A DNA stretch of 64,000 nt from Cyanophora paradoxa CCMP329 (Eukaryota; Plantae; Glaucophyta). This document shows, piece by piece, positions 34,161 to 45,600 of this stretch (its first letter is position 1; each line of letters starts with the position of its first letter). Below the pieces are notes generated by a model. The model saw only the letters and a list, made by a program, of their open reading frames with translations. It had not been told where the DNA came from and searched no databases. The stretch lies in the NCBI GenBank assembly GCA_004431415.1, contig QPMI01000452.1:62001-126000 (forward strand), written 5' to 3'. A program made the position numbers and the translations under genes.

Positions 34161-35813
34161 TCTCAAACCCAAAAACCGACGATCTAAATTCCTTTTTTAA
34201 CCTTTTTTTCCACTCAAGATCCCCCCTGCTAAATAATTCCCGTGTCGCACTCCCTCGAGGCAGAATTAATAATTCTGCCTCGACACGGACGCGATTGCTG
34301 CTAGTCACACACCCACACGAACCCCCACAGACCTCTCTAGATCCATTTTTAGCGTCGTGGCTGCCCAAAGACGACCGCTCCCCCGTAGGCATCCCGCGAA
34401 AATCGAATTTCCCTCTGGATCAATTCCGGTACTTAACCTCCGACAAATGCAGTCCGAGTCCGAAGGTGGGACCCGGTCCCGCCCGGTCCCGCGACGAAAT
34501 CGCGCCAGGGACGCCCCAGAACGATACAGAATGACGCGCGAGGGCGAGCGCATCGCCGCAAGCTCGATTTTGGGCGCCGTCGACGCTCCAGTGCGAAGAG
34601 TCGGCCGAAAATTTGATCCGGCCGGTTCCGGCCGGTCCCGCGACGCGCGCAATCGATGCGTACTGGCGCGCATAGACATACCAGGGCCCGCGCACCCCCG
34701 AAATCCGCTTTTCGAACCCGGAGCAGCGCAGGAAGGTACCGGACAGCAAAAATCCGATCCTGGACAGACCCGGACATCTTTCCGCGCGCCCACGCCGCGG
34801 CGCATGCGCGGAACGATAGCATAACCATTTAAGATGTAGAGAAAGACTTCCGCACGGTGTCTAAATGCACCAGGTCACGAGCACCCAGCCGACCCCGAAA
34901 ATTCGATCCTTGACAGACCTGAACATCTTTCCGCGCGCCCTCGCATTCTCGCGCATGCGCATCGTCGCAATATTCATTTGAGATTTTATCAAAGTTTTCC
35001 ACAAGCTTTGAAGACGCGAAAGAGCACGAGAACCCAGCCGACGGCAAAAATTCGATCCTGCACACGCCTGGACATCTTTCCGCGCGCCCACGCCACGGCG
35101 CATGCGCGGAACAATAGCATAAGCATTTGAGATGTAGATCAAGCGTTCCGCGCGCTTTGCAGATGCGCCGGGCCGCGGGGACCCAGCCGACCCCGAAAAT
35201 TCGATCCTTGAGGGAACTGAACCGCGTTCCGCGCGCCCTCGCGTCCTCATGCATGGGCATCGCTATAATATTCATTTGAGAGCTTTTCAAAGCGTAATGC
35301 AAGCCCCAAGGGCGCGACAGGGCGCGAGAATTCAGCCGACCCCGAAAATTCGATCCTGCATGGACCTGCACGTCTTTCCGCGCGCCCTCGCCTCCGCAGC
35401 CCCGCACATCGATGCTATATGCATTCGAGATTGTGTTTAAGCGATTCGCAAGCTCTGTGCATGCGCCTGGCCGCGAGAACCTCGCCCTCCCGGGCCTCCC
35501 CCCCAACAATACATTAATATTAAATAAATCTCCTATCAATCTGCTCCACCAGTTAAAAGCAAGAGTTACCGGTTCAACTCCTCCCCTAGTTCATTATATA
35601 TTCGCTCTCCTCATTACATTGCTCCCTGGCCAGCGAGCTCTCCCTCGAGCTGGCTATAGCGGGCCAGCCCATTGCCCCAGTGCCAAGCCGGCGAAACTTT
35701 TGAAGCCCGGCCATGCAACTGGGCGGGGCTGCAGCTGCCCGCCTACTGTGACAGCCGCGAGGGCGTCCGCGAGGCTTCGCCGTACTTAGTGCTCCGCAGG
35801 AGCACGGATCTTG
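34161..35813 (+). mobile_element. Element body B (diverged subfamily)
   Basis: Same termini as A, with many substitutions in the central repeats and a largely different ~200-bp segment at ~35550-35740. Confidence 0.9.
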
Positions 35814-37436
35814 TCTCAAACCCAAAAACCGACGATCTAAATTCCTTTTTTAACCTTTTTTTCCACTCGAGATCCCCCCTGCTAAATAATTTCCGTGTCG
35901 CACTCCCTCGAGGCAGAATTATTAATTCTGCCTCGACACGGACGCGATTGCCGCTAGTCACACAGCCACCCGAACCCCCACAGACCTCTCTAGATCCATT
36001 TTTAGCGTCCTGGCTTCCCTAAGACGACCGCTCCCCCGTGGGCGTCCCGCGAATATCGAATTTCCCTCTGGATCAATTCCGGTACTTAACCTCCGACAAA
36101 CGCAGTCCGAGTCAGAAGGTGGGACCCGGTCCCGCCCGGTCCCGCGACGAAATCGCGCCAGGGACGCCCCAGAACGATACGGAGTGACGCGCGAGGGCGA
36201 GCGCATCGCCGCAAGCTCGATTTCGGGCGCCGTCGACGCTCCAGTGCGAAGACTTGGCCGAAAATTTGATCCGGCCGGTTCCGCCCGGTCCCGCGACGCG
36301 CGCAATCGATGCGTACTGGCGCGCATAGACATAGCAAGGTCTGCGTACTCCAGAAATCCGCTTTTCGGAGGCCGAACAGTGCAGGAAGGTACCCGATGGC
36401 AAAAATTCGATCCGGATCCTGCACGGGCCCGGACATCTTTCCGCGCGCCCACGCTGCGGCGCATGCGCGGAGCAATAACATAAGCATTCGAGATGTAGAC
36501 AAAGCATTCCGCACGCTTTGCGTATGCGCGGGGCCGCGGGGACCCAGCCCACCCCGAAAATTCGATCCTCTACAGACCTGCACATCTTTCCGCGCGCCCT
36601 CGCATCCTCGCGCATGCGCATCGCTACAATATTCATTTGAGATTTTATCAAAGCCTTCGACAAGCTTCGAACACGCCGAAGACCACGAGAACCCAGCCGA
36701 CGGCAAAAATTCGATCCTGCACGGACCCGGACATCTTTCTGCGCGCCCACGCCGCGGCACATGCGCGGGACAATAGCATATGCATGTGAGATGTAGACAA
36801 AGCCTTCCGCATGCTTTACAGATGCGCCGGGCCGCGAGAACCCAGCCAACCCCGAAAGTTCGATCTTGCACGGACCTGCGCGCACAGCTTTCCGCATGCA
36901 CGCCCTCGCATGCTCACGCATGGGCATTGCTACAGTATTCATTTGAGCTCTTTGTAAAGCTTTGCGCGAGCTCTGCGGACGGCGGCAATCCAGCCGACGC
37001 AAAACTTCGATCCTGGCCACGCCTGCACATCTTTCCGCGCGCCCTCGCCTCCGCAGACCTGCACATCGATGCTATATGCGTTCGAGATTCTTTTTAAGCG
37101 ATTCGCAAGCTCTGTGCATGCGCCTGGCCGCGAGAACCTCGCCCCTGCCGGGCCTCCTTCCCAACAATATTATATAATTAATCTCCTCTCAAACTAGATC
37201 GATCTGCTCCACTCTTTAATTATTTCCTCGCTCAGTACATAATGGCATTAATATTACTCTAGCTAGCCGACCAGCGTTAGCTGGACTGGCCGTCAGCCAG
37301 CCAGCTTCTAGCCAGAAAGCTGTTCGCGATCGGCCAGGCCGCTGGCCAGTGCCCTATATATAGGCCTACTGTGACAGCCGCGAGGGCGTCCGCGAGGCTT
37401 CGCCGTACTTAGTGCTCCGCAGGAGCACGGATCTTG
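35814..37436 (+). mobile_element. Element body A'
   Basis: Matches body A at offset 3275/3276. Confidence 0.9.
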
Positions 37437-37589
37437 TTCGGCCTCTCGGCAATTTACGGCAAAATAAAACGACGGCTAAAAAAGCCGTCCTACAGTAATG
37501 CCCCTTCCTAGTAGTTCGGTACTAGTTCCTACTATAGCTAGTAGGCAGGAAAACGTACTAGGGATCTCAGCGGAATCTGAGCGGATATC

Positions 37590-37750
37590 GATCCGACTCA
37601 TCATCCGAGCCTTCCCGGCCCTTCCGAGCTCGAGTCAGTCGGGAATTGAAGTTCCGACTCGTTCCGAGTCCGAGGCTCCGATCCGAGGCTTCCGAGCTCG
37701 AGGCTTCCGAGCTCGAGGGATCCTTCGAGCCTCCCGGAGAGTCCGATCGC
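37590..37750. repeat. Degenerate TCCGAG/TCCGAC short-unit repeat
   Basis: Dense recurrence of ccgag/ccgac, including GCTTCCGAGCTCGAG twice in tandem. Confidence 0.6.
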
Positions 37751-39623
37751 GCGCACCTTGCAATTGAAGTTGCAATTGCGCCCGGCGGCTGACGTCGACT
37801 CGGCCCGGCGGGCGCCGGCGTCGGCCCGGCGAGCAGTGTTGCTGAAATTTTATTATCCCAAAATGCCCTGTAAATTTTCAGTAAACTTTCGAAAACTTTC
37901 AGCAAATATTTTCACCCATACAAAGTTTACTTGCACAGCGAAAGTGACACGTCTCTCTGCAGAGAAGCCTCCAGACACGAGCGATATGCGTTAGGATGTC
38001 ATCGACAACCTTTGTATTACAAGTGCACGAGGTGCAGATGTATCATAGTATCTTTGCGGCCGCGCCGGGGAAAGGGTACGGTCCGCCGAGTCACCCGACT
38101 GGGCCGACTCGTGACCCGAGTGGCCCTTTAAGGGCTTTAAGGGTCCGACGGTCGGCTCGATCCCCGGGCCCGGATGATCCGGGGCCTCCGGGCTCGCTCG
38201 AGCCAGGCTCGCTCCCGACTCCGGGAGTCGAAAAGGCGTCGCGCGCGGGCCCGCGCGCGCCGCGGCGGCCGCCGGCCCGGCCGGCCCGCGGCCGGCAGCC
38301 GCGAGCCTGCATGCGCATGCCGACGGTGTGCGCTGCTGCGCAGACTCAGGCTCAGGCAGCACAGGCTGCGCAGTGCCACGGTGGGCATTCATGAATCATG
38401 ACTCAGTCACTGAGTGATTCAACTTGGCAAGCCCGGCCGCCGGGCGGCCGGCGCCTCGGAGCCGAGCTGCACTGCGGCACTGTCAGCTGCTGCGCATGCG
38501 CAATCATTGAATGCGCATGCATCCTGTGAATCTGGCTGTGATCATCGGATGCGGGCCATCAATGGCCCATCATGCGGCTACTACCTGGGTAGGCTACTAG
38601 GCAAGCGCCGTGACACTGCCGGCGCCGTCCTGCCAGGCTGATCACGACTCTGATTCGGATTAGAGTCGACGTCGGACCGTCCGACGGTCATACCGTAGTA
38701 CCGTACGCGTATCGCGTAGCCTTACTAGCCTACTAAGCCTAGTAGTCCCGTACTACTGAGTACTAGGCTACTAGGCTAGCACTGAGCACTGCGTTCGCCG
38801 GGCGCGCGACGGCGGGCTGGGCCTACCGTAGTACGTATATACCGCGGTGCAGAACGTGCAGCGACCCTGAAGTCGGCGTACGCGTGGACCGTCGCACAGA
38901 CCTAGCAAAGCGTACTAGTTATATACCCGCGCGCTAGCTATAGCGCTATAACATAGCTTGCTATTTGGGTAGCGAAAGTGCTTAACTCACAGCAACTTAC
39001 TACTAAGTTAAGCCGACTCGGAGAGCAGCCGCGCGGGTTCGTTTCAGGAACTGCGCGGGCTAGCGCTACTAGGCTAGAGCCTGCAATCGATCGTACATCC
39101 GCAGCTGCGCATGCTTGATCTTGATAGAAGCATCAGATGATGAGAAAAGGAAGGCCGAAACAGCGTATAAGTGTACGTATACGTATGCATACGCATGCAA
39201 GACTGCATGCGCGGCTCCTCGATGTAGATGGCGAGGATCCTAGGCCTGCAGCTACAAACCCGTGCGCATGCGTGCTCTTCATACGTATTCGTATACATGA
39301 TATATATATATATATTTACACCCGTACGTGCCGCGGCGTACGGTGTATATATATATATGCATATATATGCACGAATCGATATCATGATCATTATATGTAG
39401 GATATAGGATATATCTTGGCTAACACTTGAACGCACGCGGCGCACATTTTGTACTTATGTGAATCTTTAATTCTCGAGCAGGCAATGGAGCTCGCGATCG
39501 AGCGCGCGCATCTGTACGACGCGCAACTGCGCTTTCGAGAAATTCGTTTCAATCCGGCTGCAGTCGCGGCCATCCCTGTCGACGTCTCGAGCTCCGCGGA
39601 TCCTTAAGCGCGGAACGCGCGGG

Positions 39624-42600
39624 TTGCCTTCAACAAAATCGCTGTTGCTTGTGCTGGCGCTGGCATTCACGTTCACATCCTCGAGAGCTGCTGGTGCGCC
39701 CGGCGGCAGCCGCGATGTAAAATTCCACATGCAGCCATTCGAACTCGATCGCGACCCAGCTTAACGCCGCGGCCGATGCAGGGGATGTGGCGGTCGCCAG
39801 CGGAAAGGCGCAGGTCTCAATCCTGACCCCCGCCGATGACGGCAGCAACCTGCTCTGCAACCGAGGTACAACTGCCGACGCCCCAATCTACGCCATGCAG
39901 ACCGCCACCTGTTCCTTCTACGTCTTTTGCGAGGACAGGGTAAGCTGCCAATAAGCCCTAAGTGTACTCCCGGTCCCTCGCCGACGGTCTGATATTTTCT
40001 CTCTTTATCCTCCTAAGATTCGGTGTGGCTCTTTCGAGCTGGCAGTGTACATCCCTTCGCAAAACAGTTACACACGAACAAGCGCGAACTTGCCTGGTGC
40101 TTACATCACGAGTTATAATCAGCTTCATATTAGCCGCTCGGAAATTCAGCTCGCGCGAGTCACGATCGATGATTTGATTTGACCCTCTTGAGTGCGTAGG
40201 TGAACTGCAAGTCATTCCATCAAAACTTCGGACAATATCCAACAATCCGATCTTTCCAGGTTATTCTTGCGCATTCTATAGCTATGACTCGAGCTCAATC
40301 TTAATATGCATACATTGCGCGAGCTCACCCGCGATCTTTCAATACAGGCCTTACATATGACGAATACACGTTTACTGTGAAGCAGAGGATGGGCGGCCTC
40401 GACGGGAATCCATCTCTAGGAAGGACGCGGATCATAGCTCCCTTGTACATGCACGCGCGAGATTGATGTTTGGCGGCTCTCATTGGAGCTTTTGTCGGCA
40501 GGTGGAAGCGCACGTCCTCATCCGCTCTTGTTCCAGTGGTGACCGACGGAAAGCCCGTTCGTTGGACCATGCACTTCGACCGTGAGTCGCTTAATTATAA
40601 GCCTGCTCTTTAAGCGCATGCGCAAGTCGCTGGTGCGCTAAATCGAATTAATATTAGGTTTAATTTCAATTCTTCGCAGCGGTCAGCGTTGACCCCATGA
40701 TTGATTCGCTGACGACGGAGGGCGCGGACGTGACGCCCCCAATCTCGAATCCTGACTCCCCTGGCCACGTTCCACCCGACTACGGTCCCTACGAGATCTT
40801 CCTCGTTCCCGGTGCCTTTCCGCGCGATGATGTTTCGTAAGCGTTCTCTGGCCGCGCCTCGCCTCTGAACGGCAACAGGGAGTCTCGCCAAACTCAAAAT
40901 GGACGCGACGAATTACCGGTCAACGTGGCGCATGCGGTGCGCTTGTTCGCCATGCGCATGCGCATTAAAAGTGGTCTTAAAAAAGTGTTTGGGGCGCACA
41001 TCGCGCAGATGGCGGCCCCTTCTGCCTGGATACTCCTACAACTCGAGCGCGCCCCTCAACGAAACGTACCTCGCCGATACAACTGCAAACTACACGTTCT
41101 GGCAGAGCGGGTCCCCCCTGTACCGCCAAGGACCTGAACAGAGCCTGCGCGAGCTGCTTAACCACGAGGTTCTTTTAGAAGTGAGGAGCCAGAACGAGCA
41201 GTATTTCGCGACTTACGTCATCTACATACTGCCCCGTGCGCGGACCTGCGCAGCTGCAACGAGCAGATGTATATGATCATGAGATCGATCATGATCGCAA
41301 ATTAGAGCTTTTATATAACTATACATGATCAATGGAGATCACAATATAAATGAAAATTATAATAATTAGTTGCGTAATTTTTTGTGTTCCTCCAGTGGAG
41401 CTCTCCACGACAGCGGTCACGTGGAACCTCGCCGCAGGGCAGACTGTCTTCACCGATCACGTGCGGTTCAATTACATTTGCGCGTGTAGGCGTATTGGAG
41501 CTGACCTTTTTATGCATACGAGGCAGGTAAAGCACCGTGTGACGGTTAATGGCACGGCTAAATATTTCAGAGTGCGCACTCGCGCTTGGTATTCACCCAC
41601 ATCGTTTCCTTCCATTATAAAACCAGTGTTTCCCTCTAGATGTGGAGCTTCGATCCGACAATCAACAATGCTGTTAACGACCCGAGGTTTTGGACTCAAA
41701 TCGAGGACCGCGTTAGCTCCTCGCCGCTTTTCCGGCCAACGTACAGGTGAAGATCTGATCGATTGCACGCACACATGTACATGTTCGAATTCATATGCAT
41801 GTTCAGGTACCCAGGATCAGAGAGCAAGCTCTACGAGTTCTTGGTAAACTCCACGGCGGGGCACTTCGGGGACCGCAAGGTGCACATTCTTCAATTGCGG
41901 ATATTCGTATGTATGTCAAGTGTAGCTGATCATGAGAGCCAGCTCATAGTCGAGTTTCTCACGACAAACTCGCGCTACCTTTCACCGACTGTCGCCATCA
42001 AAGGCGAGCTCTCCGCATTGGGATATAAAATTGAAAGAGGCATAGGGCTTAATAAGCTTCTTCTGCATTGAATTCTTTCTAGATCTGCCTCATGATTCCG
42101 CGTACGCTCACTCCCTCCAAGGCGTTCAGTCGGTCTCCTGCTCACCCAGCGGCACGGATGTACCCATGCGCGTCGCCAAGAATCGCCGCGCAAGGCTGCA
42201 TATGAAGGCCTACGCCGGTTCTGCTCCGCTTTCGTCCGAAGACCTGACATGTGCGGCCGAGAGTTTTGGCTTTCAGGGTCTCGATCTTGTACACGTATAC
42301 ACGTATAATTCTGATGTCCATACCCATGGCCAGTGTCCCTGTTGGCGGGGAATGAAGCGAAAGTGGCGTTGCCGCTCATAGAGCCCGACACAACGACGTC
42401 CCCAAAGGAGACGCGCGCTTCCTTTCTCGCTTCTGTGCGTCCATAAGTATACAAATGCAAAAAATGACTACCGCCGGTTAAAAACCGTTGCGATATCTCC
42501 GCCGGTCAGTAATTTCCGGTATTCTAATAATGGCCATGGCTTGAGCAGGCTGTCGAGACCGAGGAGCTCGTCCTGTGGGTGACGCTGTCGGAGTCTGCGC

Positions 42601-45600
42601 ACCCTTACGTGCCTGGCCACGAGCGCTTCGCCGTAGGAACCTGCTCCTTCATCGTAATCGACGCCACACACGTGCGCCGAGAGCTGTCTTTCCGCAGCCC
42701 TGCGCATCTGTGCTTGGGTCTGCAGGATCGCGAGCGCGCGATATTAATGGCAAATTCATGTGTACTTATGTGGTGATCGCCCGCCCTCGACGCAGAGCTG
42801 CATCGGAAACCGACACAGACCCGGCTACGGCTCGGTGCACGCGATACACAATCTCTACTTTGCGTAAATATATACAGTGCTTGAACTAGCGCTCGAAACG
42901 CATGCGCAGACGCTGTGCACAATTGCGCAAGTGGAGGGCAGCCCGACTCTGACACTGGCAGATTTCGGGACTCCTCTTTCTAACCCCAACTTGGGCGCCT
43001 TCTCCCCAATGATCCCGGTTGATGGTGCACCCCTTCCAACCTGGACTCTTGAATTCAACGGGTGAGTGTTAGCGCTGCCACGCAGAATTTTAAATCTATA
43101 GCTTGCCCCTTATGATCATGAATGATCATGATCGCTGGCCGTGGTTGACATGTTTGCGCACAGGACCACCGGAGGCACTGCGTCTGTTGGGGCGATGTGG
43201 GCTGCAGGCCGCTGGCACATTCGCGACTCTCCCGGAGGACGTGTGGGCTCTCACACGGTCGATGTGATTACGGTCGAATCATTCGTCTGCCAGAACCGCA
43301 TTCCGGTGCAGTTGCGCTCCAGGTGTCGGCTCCAGTCGCTGGTCAACGTTTTTCCTTCGGACTTTGCGATTGCGCTGCCGTTCTCACTGGCGGTTGATTC
43401 ATCGGATCCCAAAGTCCTCGGCTTCGAATGGCAAAGCGAAAGTGTACGCCTACGATTTGCTGTACGTTTATGTGCGCTTCTTATGCAAAAGCTTACTGGT
43501 TATTGGCCGCAGCTGAATAGCACTGGGTTCGACGTGCCTGTGTGGTGGAACGCGCCTTGGGGCAGCGACGAGGCCGGCTTTGCCCGCGTCATCGTTTTTG
43601 GGATTGCGAATTTCACCTGCGCGCCGAACCGCACCGCCGCTATACCCCTCGAGTTGCCTCGCTTCCATGTGCGCATACGACCTCTATTTGATCCTTCTGG
43701 CGCGCGTGTAGAATCTCTGAATCGCCAACCCCAAAAAATTATTGAAGGTTGTCAACTGTGTTGCTATGTATCTGGCCGACGGCGAGGGCATCGTGCCGCC
43801 ACCCGCCGTTGACGACTTCGTCATGAGCTACACCGCTCCCTCGAACTCGATCTCCATTGTCGGCAGCGCCTCCGACCCCCTTAATCAGACGGTCCGCTCC
43901 ACGTTCCACATCACTCCCAGCTCAGCGTCGCCTCGCGACCGCAATGCGCCCATTTGCACCTTTCGCAGCTTTTTATCTCTCTCCGTGGCCTGCTTCCGGC
44001 AGCCCCGGCTGCCGTCCGTTTTGACTACGCGCCTTCGCGTGGCGTGCCAAGCCAAACCCTTGCCAAGTACCTCGTATGCATATGTGGCCCCTCTTGGCGA
44101 CGCGAGCTCGCCTCGCCTTATTCGAGAGCAGGAGGTTGATGTTGTCAAGGCGGAGATTAAGTGCCCTCGTACGGCCAAGTTTTTCGGAACCGTAAGCCTC
44201 TGTACTTGCATCTTACAATTAATTGTTCGCCGCGCAACTTATCGGGATGAAGTTTTACTGCACGCTCGTCGTGTCTGACGGGAGCGCGGCTCTGCGACCC
44301 GGAGACATTCGCTTGATGCCTGTCGCCGTGCCTGCCGCGGCGGGGACGCTTACGAACATCTCCCCACGCCTGAACTTCACGTACACAAGCACAGTCCCCG
44401 TGCCTCAAGTAGACATCACTGCCGAATACGACACTGGTTTCGTCGCGTGAGCCCGCCTCATTCAATCTTCCTTATCTTATAGACACATCTAGCTCGCTAT
44501 AAATATCTACAAGCCGTCATGATCACGATATCGAGGTGTTCACATGTGGGCATGCGCAGGACATCGGCAAACGAATCGATTGCCCTCGGCAAGAACTCCA
44601 CAGTCCTCTTTATCAGTGCGATATCGATGCCGCACCCCGTCTTCCCCGTGTGCTCCCCAGTTATTAAGGTGCCTGTGCAGACGCGACGCTGGAGTGCGAC
44701 CGGTATCGCATCAATTGGAATGGCGGTAAAGCGAGTTGCAGGCTTAACAAGACCGACGAATCGGTGCGCACGAGATCAAAACCGCGAACGTTCAGAAGCG
44801 ATACTGCTTGAGCCCTGCACGTGTGTCTGATCGCAACGCTGTAAAACGCAGGCCTTCTTTCCTGCTGTCGATGTCTTCACGCTCGAGCTCGCCGGGGACA
44901 TCGCAATTTTATCCCCTCCAGAGCTGATCGAGGACGGGGCAGCAATTGTCTTTACAATCACCGGCACAGGAGCTGGCTCGGGAATAGCGACGCTGAACGT
45001 TTCCTACACGGACCCGGGAGGCCTGGTGATGGAAGCGACGCGTTTCGTCCTTTTCAACACAAGCCTCGCATGCGATAACCTCCGTCTCGTCATTGGGCCG
45101 ACGGATATCGGCAAGGTTTGGACAAACTGTACGATAGCTCCCTGGACCGGTGCACTGATCTGCTTGCACTTGCGCGCGATTATGAGCGCGCACGAGTGGC
45201 CCGGCCCAATATCAATCGACCTGCTCCTCAGCCCCAGGAGTGACATCAATTCTTCTTGAAGACATCGCCGACATCACGGCCACGAACGGCGTGGTCGAAA
45301 GCCTGCGCGCTATCGGAAATAATTGTACTTTTTCCGTCGCTCCGTCTTTCAAGCAGGCTGGCCTCACTGTGTCCGTTGCGTTTGCATCTGGCGGATCCAC
45401 GACAAGCTTGCGAGCTCCGATCCCAGTCGTTGGTATAGATGATCCCGCACTACAATAAATAATATATAATTGCCCCTCCAAATTATCGCGTCATTGTGCA
45501 GAATTCGCGCCGTCTGTGGATTGCTCGCCGGCTCGCGCATCAGCAGGCACTCGCGTGACTTGCCGCTTGTTCATTGCGGACTCCAGCCCCGGAGCCCTCG

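Larger units (their letters stand above)
32235..37436 (+). mobile_element. Nest of three non-autonomous Helitron2/Helentron-like elements (~1.64-1.67 kb each)
   Basis: The 5' terminus is TCAGGCGAAGCCTC (hairpin AGGC-GAA-GCCT). Its reverse complement GAGGCTTCGCC lies ~32 nt from each 3' end, followed by hairpin GTGCTCC-GCA-GGAGCAC and GGATCTTG. There is no TSD, and removal restores GCCGAA|TTCGG in the MITE. Confidence 0.82.
32072..37495. mobile_element. TA-flanked MITE (~220 bp when empty), split by the Helitron-like nest
   Basis: TIRs are CTGTAGGACGGCTT (32079-32092, preceded by a duplicated CTGTAG) and AAGCCGTCCTACAG (37482-37495). TA lies at 32070-71 and 37496-97. Subterminal AATTGCCG repeats on the left are inverted (CGGCAATT) on the right. 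Confidence 0.85.

Noticed and set aside
32283-37436. ORFs of 100-300 aa inside the repeats as a possible transposase
   Set aside because: No HUH/Y2 Rep, helicase or DDE motifs are visible. The ORFs track the 148-bp repeat and frames differ between copies.
38120-38145. CCCTTTAAGGG / TTAA as a piggyBac end
   Set aside because: The orientation does not fit TTAA-CCC...GGG-TTAA and no partner end was found.
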